A stretch of DNA of 33,560 bases from positions 1 through 33,560 of IMG/VR virus record IMGVR_UViG_3300045988_020463; one strand, given 5' to 3'. The notes beneath the pieces were generated by a model, which made no database searches, was not told the DNA's origin, and saw only the letters and a program-made list of their open reading frames with translations. The position numbers and the translations under genes were made by a program. This document shows, piece after piece, positions 16,875 to 23,614 of the stretch. This DNA comes from a virus. Within the stretch, counting starts at the first letter, position 1. Every line of letters begins with the position of its first letter.

Positions 16875-17336
16875 ATGAAAAAGTTAGCAAATATTTTAGT
16901 AGTGGGTCTGACGGCGCTTATGTTCGCCTCATGTTCGGCAGGTGACGGTTCGTCGGTTCTATCAATAGAGGACACACCCGAAACAGTAGATAATACAAAG
17001 GTATTCATGTTTAAGGATGTAGCCACACACGAGAAGGTTTCCGGGGCTTATGCGGTGAAGATTAAGACTGTGAAAGGCATCAAGTATTGCGCGCTCCTCG
17101 GGGCTGGTAACGAAGCGTTCTTCCCGATGGACGAAAAATCAGGCCTACCGAGACCCATGTATGAAACGTATGCCACCAACATACCGATGCGCGAGGGCGT
17201 AGATATAGTTTGGGTTGTTATATCGGTAAATATTGTTTTCCTGGTGGAACAATACAAGGATAATTATCAGGGGGATTACCTTCACGGGGACGACATTTTG
17301 CATTGCACAGAAATAGAAATAATTAACAAATTTTAA
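16875..17336 (+). CDS. Putative lipoprotein
   Basis: MKKLANILVVGLTALMFASCSAGDG: signal peptide with a lipobox-like FASC. Exact consensus leader. Confidence 0.7.
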   Translation: MKKLANILVVGLTALMFASCSAGDGSSVLSIEDTPETVDNTKVFMFKDVATHEKVSGAYAVKIKTVKGIKYCALLGAGNEAFFPMDEKSGLPRPMYETYATNIPMREGVDIVWVVISVNIVFLVEQYKDNYQGDYLHGDDILHCTEIEIINKF

Positions 17337-17348
17337 AAAGAAAAGATT

Positions 17349-17759
17349 ATGAAAAAGTTAGTAGTATTAGCAGTGTTAATTCTTACAAGTGTATCAATGT
17401 TTAGCCAAATCACGTCACAAGGCAAGCCCAATGTATTGAAGTCCTTCCGTATGGGCATTTGCAAATTGGTTGATACCAATGGGGAAATAACCATCGAGGC
17501 ATTGACGCGAGAGACCCAAAGGTATACAATGATAGTCCATTTAGGTACACCCGAGGAAGCGGCGGTAACGCTTGCGAGCCTTGCAGAATACAAACCCAGT
17601 AAGGGTGAGACGGTGAACCTAAACAACCCGAGCAACAACGAGGCGTATTATCAGAATCTTGGCGGCACATGGGTAATCACGGAGAAGTTAACGAAGATTT
17701 TCAGTATTTCCGTAAGCCGTGGAGAGCTTAGGAAAATGGTCAAAGCGTTGGAAAATTAA
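17349..17759 (+). CDS. Putative secreted protein
   Basis: MKKLVVLAVLILTSVSMFSQ is a Sec-type signal peptide. Consensus-like leader aaaaagaaaagattATG. Confidence 0.7.
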   Translation: MKKLVVLAVLILTSVSMFSQITSQGKPNVLKSFRMGICKLVDTNGEITIEALTRETQRYTMIVHLGTPEEAAVTLASLAEYKPSKGETVNLNNPSNNEAYYQNLGGTWVITEKLTKIFSISVSRGELRKMVKALEN

Positions 17760-17798
17760 AGAAGTGTTTTTGTATATACAATTTAAAAAGAAAAGATT

Positions 17799-18002
17799 AT
17801 GAAAAGTGGAAACTTTATCGAACTGACGTTCGTAGTTAAGGGTGAATTGCAAGTGGAGTATATCAACGTTGAACACGTATCTCGTATCATGTACGTAGAT
17901 GGCAAACCATTTATCGGTATGCTGGGGCAGACCTACACGCGCCAACTAACGGAAACAGGCATGCAAGAACTAACGGAGTGTATTAACTTAGAAAACAATT
18001 AA
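17799..18002 (+). CDS. Hypothetical protein
   Basis: 67-aa ORF with leader caatttaaaaagaaaagattATG. Confidence 0.6.
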   Translation: MKSGNFIELTFVVKGELQVEYINVEHVSRIMYVDGKPFIGMLGQTYTRQLTETGMQELTECINLENN

Positions 18003-18008
18003 ATTAAA

Positions 18009-18170
18009 ATGGTTACTATCTTAAAAGTTATCGCCGTAAACGAAGGGGAACGTACCTCCTATTATCCTACCCCGGGCGATGGGGTGTTTCCAACCGTGGA
18101 GATGGCACGGGAGTTTTATAAAAATGAGTTCAAAACAAATAAAATAATATTGTGTTATGTCAACAAGTGA
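18009..18170 (+). CDS. Small hypothetical protein (53 aa, below the ORF-track cutoff)
   Basis: Hand translation gives MVTILKVIAVNEGERTSYYPTPGDGVFPTVEMAREFYKNEFKTNKIILCYVNK. It fills the gap between neighbouring genes and overlaps the next start by 14 nt. Confidence 0.45.
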   Translation: MVTILKVIAVNEGERTSYYPTPGDGVFPTVEMAREFYKNEFKTNKIILCYVNK

Positions 18171-18915
18171 AAAAGTACAGAGTTACAACGTAGGCAAGTC
18201 CGATTATGCAAAGCATGCTATCCAGCCGTGGCAAATTTGGAAAGAGTATAACCTCAACCCGTGGGACGCTGATATAGTGAAACGCGTTCTCCGAACCAAG
18301 GAGGGCGAACCCCGAACATTGGATTATGAAAAGATTATCCATATATGCAAATATCGCATTGCGGAACTCTCTAAGGAAGCTTTAAAGGAGAACAAGGTAG
18401 TTACACCAGCAGAGGCGGAAAAGCCCGTAGAGGACGAGGAAAGCGACGATACAACGGTATTTTGCTTGGACGAGACAATGAATCCGGCAATGTTCTATAC
18501 GGAGGGCAAGAAGTGGAACGGTAAGTATGTCGGTTACTCGGTGTTCATGACTGGTAACGAACCCTATATGTATCTGGGCGTCGACGCAGAGGGCAACCAC
18601 TTGTATGCAGACCTTTCGGAGTTCGGACAACGGCTTTACACCCAGGAAGCGCACTTGCCGCCAAAAACGTTCGAACTAAATTGTACCAACCTTTTTGGCA
18701 ACCACAGAAGCTCGTTAAAGATAGGGTTCGAAGGTAAGAACTACAAGAAGCACGATTATATCGTAACGGCCAAGGGGCATTTGCTCCGCTACTTCGGTAT
18801 GGAAGGGAACAAGTATTTGTACCGTAATATGTCGACAAAGCGCGCGGATGGAACGTACCCCGAATTCTTAAGTAGTGTTAAATTAGAAAACAAAGCAATT
18901 CAATTCACGCTATGA
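18157..18915 (+). CDS. DUF3310 (SaV-like) domain protein with an extended C-terminal region
   Basis: The N-terminus YNVGKSDYAKHAIQPWQIWKEYNLNPWDADIVKRVLRTK fits the DUF3310 pattern (hY....ie..d.i....l....gNaiKY..R). The C-terminal 150 aa are unassigned. Confidence 0.7.
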   Translation: MSTSEKVQSYNVGKSDYAKHAIQPWQIWKEYNLNPWDADIVKRVLRTKEGEPRTLDYEKIIHICKYRIAELSKEALKENKVVTPAEAEKPVEDEESDDTTVFCLDETMNPAMFYTEGKKWNGKYVGYSVFMTGNEPYMYLGVDAEGNHLYADLSEFGQRLYTQEAHLPPKTFELNCTNLFGNHRSSLKIGFEGKNYKKHDYIVTAKGHLLRYFGMEGNKYLYRNMSTKRADGTYPEFLSSVKLENKAIQFTL

Positions 18916-19097
18916 TAAGCAGACAAGAATACGCGTACGGTATCGGAGACGAGATAATACATAACGGAGAGGTTTTAAAGTATAGGGGCTATTATAACGG
19001 GCACCTCTACACAACTACAGTAGACCACGATGCCGGGGAATTCGCCGAGACAGTGGTATTTGAAAACAAATTGAGAAATGAAGGAAATAATAAGTGA
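18912..19097 (+). CDS. Hypothetical protein
   Basis: 61-aa ORF with ATGA start/stop overlap with the upstream gene. Confidence 0.55.
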   Translation: MISRQEYAYGIGDEIIHNGEVLKYRGYYNGHLYTTTVDHDAGEFAETVVFENKLRNEGNNK

Positions 19098-19416
19098 AAA
19101 AGATTTGGAGCGTACATTCTCCGAAAAGCTTAACCGAACAAAAAAGGTGTGGGTAATAAAACTATTATCCACATTTATAAAAGGTTTGCCGGATAGAATG
19201 ATACTTTGCCGGGGTGGGTATGTAGGCTTTGCCGAGATAAAGACCACGGGTAAGAAACCAACTAAGATACAATTACTTATACATAGCAAGTTAGAGGCTT
19301 TAGGTTTCAAAGTATTTGTTATCGACGATTTGGAAAGCAGGGACGCAGCGATAAGTTTCTTCTTAAGAAATGTTAAGGAAATAAACAACGTACCGGGAAA
19401 AGGGTTATCTTTGTAG
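19078..19416 (+). CDS. VRR-NUC domain nuclease
   Basis: GLPDRMILCRGGYVGFAEIKTTGKKPTKIQ matches the VRR-NUC catalytic core (PD...E.K...Q). Confidence 0.8.
   Translation: MKEIISEKDLERTFSEKLNRTKKVWVIKLLSTFIKGLPDRMILCRGGYVGFAEIKTTGKKPTKIQLLIHSKLEALGFKVFVIDDLESRDAAISFFLRNVKEINNVPGKGLSL
19372..19413 (+). promoter_or_regulatory. Early promoter, GTTAAC class (variant GTTAAG), embedded in the VRR-NUC 3' end
   Basis: GTTAAG-gaaata-AACAAC-N16-TATCTTTG, with the same 34-nt and 16-nt spacings as the other members. Confidence 0.6.
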
Positions 19417-19439
19417 TATCGAATTAAAAAACAGAAATC

Positions 19440-19682
19440 ATGAAAAAGAGAAGTTTAAAAGAAGAAATCGAATACCGTTTAGGTATGTACTTTGGTATTA
19501 AGTCGGGCGCGCTGTATGTCCGTGACGATAAGTTCGGTAACACCGAGGAAATTCTAAACCAGTTGCAACGCGATATTACCCGGGACGTTAATTTCCTATC
19601 GCGTAAAACGCTGGGTTACGTATCGGATGAGCAGGACTTCAAAAGCATTTGTGTGTTTTATAAAACAAAATTAATGAAGTAA
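19440..19682 (+). CDS. Hypothetical protein
   Basis: 80-aa ORF with leader gaattaaaaaacagaaatcATG. Confidence 0.65.
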   Translation: MKKRSLKEEIEYRLGMYFGIKSGALYVRDDKFGNTEEILNQLQRDITRDVNFLSRKTLGYVSDEQDFKSICVFYKTKLMK

Positions 19683-19689
19683 TAAAGCT

Positions 19690-19866
19690 ATGGTAAACTA
19701 TATAGATTTAAAATTAAAATGTATCGCGGGATACACCGAGATAGTATTAAACGGTCAGCGCATTAAGTGCGCTGCCGATTATGACCGCGTATTAGGGCAT
19801 ATAACCCCGGCAGCTCTCCATGAGTTCAGCTCACAGTTATTAATGATAAAAGCAATGTTATGTTAG
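19690..19866 (+). CDS. Small hypothetical protein (58 aa, below the ORF-track cutoff)
   Basis: Hand translation gives MVNYIDLKLKCIAGYTEIVLNGQRIKCAADYDRVLGHITPAALHEFSSQLLMIKAMLC. It fills the gap before the SNF2 gene and overlaps its start by 7 nt. Confidence 0.45.
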   Translation: MVNYIDLKLKCIAGYTEIVLNGQRIKCAADYDRVLGHITPAALHEFSSQLLMIKAMLC

Positions 19867-21248
19867 AAAGAAAGCAAATGCATGATTATCAAAATAGGGG
19901 CGTAGCTCATATCATAGATAATGAATGCAGCGCGCTGTTTCTCGGGTGCGGCATGGGTAAGACAGTAACAACCCTAACCGCTATCAAAGACCTTTTGGAT
20001 AATTGCATCATATCTAATTGTCTGGTAATCGCTCCGAAGAAGGTAACGCAGGTTACATGGAGCGATGAGATTAAGGCATGGGCGCACCTTAAGGACTTGA
20101 CTATTTCAGTAATAGACGGCACGGCTAAGCAGCGCCGGGAAGCCTATGAGAAGCAGGCGGACATATATGCGATTAGCCGTGATAATATTGTATGGCTCGT
20201 AATGGAGTACGGAGGTATTAAGCTACCCTACGATATGGTTGTTATCGATGAATTGAGCAGTTTTAAGAACCACGCGTCAAAGCGTTTTAAAGCCCTTAGA
20301 AAGGTGCGGAAGTTTATACCACGAGTAGTAGGCTTGACGGGTACACCATCGCCAAACGGACTAATAGACCTATTCGCTCAAATGTATTTGATAGACCAGG
20401 GTCAACGGCTCGGTAAATCAATCACAGCGTACAGAGATAGGTTTTTCCGACCAGATAAACGGAACGGTGATGTGGTGTACAGTTACGCACTGAAAAGCCC
20501 CCAGGAGGAAACGGAGAAACAGATAAGTGACCTTATCAGCGATATAACCATATCAATGACCGCCGAGGACTATTTGAAGATGCCCGACCGCATTAACATA
20601 TACGACCGTGTGGAGTTGTCGCCTAAAGTGCTGGCACAGTATAAGGAGTTCGAGAAGGAACAAGTATTGGAACTTATCAACTCGGACGAACCAATAAGCG
20701 CGGCAAGTGCGGCAGCTTTATCCAATAAGCTACAGCAATTCGCGAACGGTGCGATATACGATGCCGACCGAAAGGTTATTGAGTTGCACGATGAGAAATT
20801 AGAAAAGCTTGAAGAACTTGTAGAAGCCGCGAACGGCTCGCCCGTATTGGTTGCCTATTCATACAAGCACGACCTTGACCGTATAATGAAGAAGCTAAAG
20901 GCATATAAGCCCGTCAAACTGGAAAAGCCCGAACAGATAGCCGAGTGGAACGCCGGTAAGATTAAAGTGCTTGTAACGCACCCGGCAAGCGCAGGGCACG
21001 GGCTTAACCTACAAAAAGGTGGGCATACGCTTATTTGGTTTGGTAATACTTGGAGCTTGGAACTATACATGCAGTTCAACGCCCGGTTGTATCGCCAGGG
21101 GCAAACGTACCCCGTAACCGTTCATCACATCTTAACCACGGGAACGATAGACGAGAAGATAATAAAAGCCCTGGAAGGCAAGAAACAGACGCAGGACGGG
21201 CTTATGCAGAGTATCAAGGAACTTATGGAATTTTACAGCAAGAAATGA
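19860..21248 (+). CDS. SNF2/DEAD-like superfamily 2 helicase
   Basis: Motif I GCGMGKT, motif II VVIDELSSF, motif III LTGTPSPN, motif V SAGHGLNLQ, motif VI QFNARLYRQGQ. Confidence 0.9.
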   Translation: MLERKQMHDYQNRGVAHIIDNECSALFLGCGMGKTVTTLTAIKDLLDNCIISNCLVIAPKKVTQVTWSDEIKAWAHLKDLTISVIDGTAKQRREAYEKQADIYAISRDNIVWLVMEYGGIKLPYDMVVIDELSSFKNHASKRFKALRKVRKFIPRVVGLTGTPSPNGLIDLFAQMYLIDQGQRLGKSITAYRDRFFRPDKRNGDVVYSYALKSPQEETEKQISDLISDITISMTAEDYLKMPDRINIYDRVELSPKVLAQYKEFEKEQVLELINSDEPISAASAAALSNKLQQFANGAIYDADRKVIELHDEKLEKLEELVEAANGSPVLVAYSYKHDLDRIMKKLKAYKPVKLEKPEQIAEWNAGKIKVLVTHPASAGHGLNLQKGGHTLIWFGNTWSLELYMQFNARLYRQGQTYPVTVHHILTTGTIDEKIIKALEGKKQTQDGLMQSIKELMEFYSKK

Positions 21249-21394
21249 AAAAGTTAATAGCGGTTATTGCAGTCCTACTTTTATTGGTAGGCTGCACCGC
21301 AGTACAGAACGCCACGGACAGCATGCAACGCAATTTCAAGCTACAGCAATTAGAGTACGGGCTATCGCTTAAGGATAGTTTAATACTTAAATGA
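21245..21394 (+). CDS. Small lipoprotein (49 aa)
   Basis: ATGA overlap with the SNF2 stop. MKKLIAVIAVLLLLVGCTAV has a textbook lipobox, LVGC. The track ORF 21050..21394 extends upstream only as an out-of-frame overlap with SNF2. Confidence 0.65.
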   Translation: MKKLIAVIAVLLLLVGCTAVQNATDSMQRNFKLQQLEYGLSLKDSLILK

Positions 21395-21395
21395 T

Positions 21396-21437
21396 GTTAA
21401 CGAAAGAACCAACATAACGGGAAAAGCGTTATATTTG
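21396..21437 (+). promoter_or_regulatory. Early promoter, GTTAAC class
   Basis: GTTAAC-gaaaga-ACCAAC-N16-TATATTTG. Confidence 0.7.
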
Positions 21438-21463
21438 TATCAACGATTTAAAAACAGAAGATT

Positions 21464-21727
21464 ATGGAAAAGTATTCAGGAGCAGTTAGGGAGATGTATT
21501 CACAGTTTAAACAGAGAGAAGTCCACCCGATGGAAAAGTACATAGGACGATTCGTTAGACATCGGGGCGGAATTTTGGAAGTAGTAGGGTACTCCGTAAG
21601 GCCTGACGGCTCGTTCTGTCTGATAGTAGGTTGTGCGCGTGCATGGTATTATCCGAACGCAGAAGACGTAGTATTTAAAAGGTGCGAGGCCTATTGCTAC
21701 GCCAGTGTTAATGATTTAATAGATTAG
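21464..21727 (+). CDS. Hypothetical protein (shares a YxGRxV...VVGY motif with the next ORF)
   Basis: 87-aa ORF with leader gatttaaaaacagaagattATG. Confidence 0.65.
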   Translation: MEKYSGAVREMYSQFKQREVHPMEKYIGRFVRHRGGILEVVGYSVRPDGSFCLIVGCARAWYYPNAEDVVFKRCEAYCYASVNDLID

Positions 21728-21732
21728 AAATT

Positions 21733-22155
21733 ATGATTAGAAACAAAGATTTCGCGATGCTGTACGCAGGCCGTGCAGTATTCGGCAAGAACGGGGAGTA
21801 TGCCGGTGTGGTAGTTGGCTGGAACGATATGCTCGGCGTGATATTAGGTGTTGACCACGGGGATAGTTGGCAGACCTGGAGCCTTACCGATATAGGCGTG
21901 TCTGAGGACGAGTTTTTATCGTATGAATACCGCAACGCCGGGACACTGGAAGAGCCGGGCGAGCTGATAGAAGAGGAAGCCCCTAAGCATAAGACGATAG
22001 GCGAGCTTATCAAGGAGCACGAAGGCGTGCGGGGTATCCAATTCTCTACGGACGGGCACGGTAACGTACAAGCCGCTTATATCCGCGGTAAGCGCGGTGG
22101 CATGAAGCTTGTGAGCATGGGAGACGGTTTAGAAAATGTAGCATCAAAAGTATAG
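21733..22155 (+). CDS. Hypothetical protein (YAGRAV...VVVGW motif)
   Basis: 140-aa ORF, tightly spaced after 21464..21727. Confidence 0.65.
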   Translation: MIRNKDFAMLYAGRAVFGKNGEYAGVVVGWNDMLGVILGVDHGDSWQTWSLTDIGVSEDEFLSYEYRNAGTLEEPGELIEEEAPKHKTIGELIKEHEGVRGIQFSTDGHGNVQAAYIRGKRGGMKLVSMGDGLENVASKV

Positions 22156-22166
22156 GAGGAAAATGT

Positions 22167-22280
22167 ATGGAGGCGATAATGTGTTTATTCGGAATCGCGA
22201 TAGGCGCCGGTTTGGTAACTGGTTTGTGGCTCGTAGCTAAGTTCGCAGCCCGTAATATAGACGGGGAGTACGACGAGTAA
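22167..22280 (+). CDS. Small single-pass membrane protein (37 aa, below the ORF-track cutoff)
   Basis: Hand translation gives MEAIMCLFGIAIGAGLVTGLWLVAKFAARNIDGEYDE: one hydrophobic helix plus a charged tail. The start could instead be the internal ATG at codon 5. Confidence 0.45.
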   Translation: MEAIMCLFGIAIGAGLVTGLWLVAKFAARNIDGEYDE

Positions 22281-22316
22281 CGGAATGGAGTGTTTAACTA
22301 AAACAAGGATAAGAAA

Positions 22317-22604
22317 ATGACTAAAGAACCAAAGCTTCCCCATAAGCTTAAGTGGGGCGATAAGACAGCCGCAGTGGTTGACGAAGTGGGATACCTTATC
22401 GGTATTAGAATAGTGGGCTACACGAGCCTAAAAGACGTGATTATAGCCGAGGTGCACGAAAGTGTGGCGTACGGAGTGGGCGCGTGGAGCATGCCCGAAG
22501 ACTTAAAGAGCGCGGGCAGCAGCGACGTGTTTATGAAGAAGCCGCGCGCCGGGGCATATTACAAGTATATAAAGCTTAAAAACATCGTGCATGAAGAAAG
22601 TTAG
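22317..22604 (+). CDS. Hypothetical protein
   Basis: 95-aa ORF with an A-rich leader (aaggataagaaaATG). Confidence 0.6.
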   Translation: MTKEPKLPHKLKWGDKTAAVVDEVGYLIGIRIVGYTSLKDVIIAEVHESVAYGVGAWSMPEDLKSAGSSDVFMKKPRAGAYYKYIKLKNIVHEES

Positions 22605-22986
22605 TTTTATGGATATGGCGGTATGCCTTAACTGTCATGTGTTCATCATATGGGAGTTCATACGAAGGTACGGTTATACCGCCGGGGTAACAAAAGACAA
22701 GTACGGGCGCGGTTATGTGGAAGCCAATCTTTGCAACGGTTGGATTGATAAGCTGGCAAAGTATGTAGCCGCCCAGGACTTCACGTATAAGCAGCCCATC
22801 AATAAAAGGCAGTACCTTATTAGGGATGAGGCACGCCTCGCAGAGGAGAAAAGAAACGAGCAGGACATATCGAGAACCTACGGAATTGACCCGGACGGAA
22901 GGATAAAAAGGGTATCAACGTTCAAGAACGGAACTGTTCAAACGTGGTATTGGTATCGGTCCTCGCTCGGGTGGAAATTGACATAA
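22591..22986 (+). CDS. Hypothetical protein, last gene of the early block
   Basis: 131-aa ORF. The start may instead be ATG 22609, just after the upstream stop. Confidence 0.6.
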   Translation: MKKVSFMDMAVCLNCHVFIIWEFIRRYGYTAGVTKDKYGRGYVEANLCNGWIDKLAKYVAAQDFTYKQPINKRQYLIRDEARLAEEKRNEQDISRTYGIDPDGRIKRVSTFKNGTVQTWYWYRSSLGWKLT

Positions 22987-22998
22987 TGTAAGCACCCC

Positions 22999-23044
22999 CG
23001 AAGGACGTGTCGAACTAAGTGTCAGCGCCCTCGAAGGACGTGTC
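22999..23044 (+). repeat. Two 13-bp direct repeats, CGAAGGACGTGTC, spaced 33 bp start to start
   Basis: Exact copies at 22999..23011 and 23032..23044, between the last early stop codon and the terminator. Confidence 0.85.
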
Positions 23045-23063
23045 AAGTCGAGTGATAGCGATT

Positions 23064-23106
23064 AGCCCAAATCTGATTACAAAATGTCAGATTTGGGCTT
23101 TTGTTT
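23064..23106 (+). terminator. Rho-independent terminator ending the early block
   Basis: Perfect 13-bp stem agcccaaatctga/tcagatttgggct followed by ttttgttt. Confidence 0.9.
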
Positions 23107-23146
23107 ATATTCAGAAAAAAGGGCCTCTAAATTTAACATATTTTAT

Positions 23147-23358
23147 GCACACCTGCACAGTAAAAAATCGCTACTGTGCAGGTCTCTGTGCACTCTAACT
23201 CTCTCTATTATAATATATTATATGTAAATGCACAGATACACAGTAAAAAGAGGGTAAAACATTATTTTGGAGAAAAGTGTATTTTAGGGGGTATGAAATA
23301 TACTATATCCTATATTAAAGTTTAGAAAAAAAGGTGTGTGTCTGTGCAGGTGCCTGCA
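23147..23358 (+). repeat. Duplicated intergenic element, copy B (partner 6336..6555)
   Basis: Contents: hairpin CCTGCACAG-N13-CTGTGCAGG (23152..23182); CTGTGCAC at 23186; TGCACAG at 23229; CTGTGCAG at 23342; TATTATAATA at 23206..23215; terminal palindrome TGCAGG-tg-CCTGCA at 23345..23358. Confidence 0.9.
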
Positions 23359-23482
23359 ACTCTCTTTGTGATAGGTAGTTACGGCACACACATGTAACAC
23401 GGTGTAAATATAATTCATTTGTAAATTTTATTTGTAGAAAAGGCCTAACTGACCGTAGGTTGGTCTGATGCGATTTGTTGCC

Positions 23483-23490
23483 TACCTTTG
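23483..23490 (+). promoter_or_regulatory. Candidate late promoter -7 box (TACCTTTG)
   Basis: Matches TAnnTTTG, but no convincing -33 element was seen (TTGG lies about 20 nt upstream). It would drive transcription through the 17-mer array into terS. Confidence 0.3.
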
Positions 23491-23515
23491 TGCCATGATT
23501 GGAAACGACGTGAGT

Positions 23516-23614
23516 AGTCCAACTACTGGAATAGTCCAACTACTGGAATAGTCCAACTACTGGAATAGTCCAACTACTGGAATAGTCCAACTACTGGAAT
23601 AGTCCAACTACTGG
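23516..23614 (+). repeat. Tandem array of a 17-bp unit, AGTCCAACTACTGGAAT: 5 perfect copies plus one 14/17 copy
   Basis: Counted base by base, with units starting at 23516, 23533, 23550, 23567, 23584 and 23601. Each unit contains the inverted pair TCCA-N5-TGGA. The array ends 77 nt upstream of the terS ATG. Confidence 0.95.

Noticed and set aside
21050-21244. N-terminal 65 aa of track ORF 21050..21394
   Set aside because: It is an out-of-frame overlap with the well-supported SNF2 helicase C-terminus. The plausible gene is the lipoprotein starting at the ATGA junction (21245).
23315-23539. 74-aa minus-strand ORF in the long intergenic region
   Set aside because: It starts inside the 17-mer tandem array and runs through the duplicated element. 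It has no leader or promoter, and its orientation is opposite to all other genes.
23516-23614. The tandem 17-mer array as a CRISPR array
   Set aside because: The units are directly abutting with no spacers, the unit is only 17 bp, and there are no cas genes. It is a simple tandem repeat.
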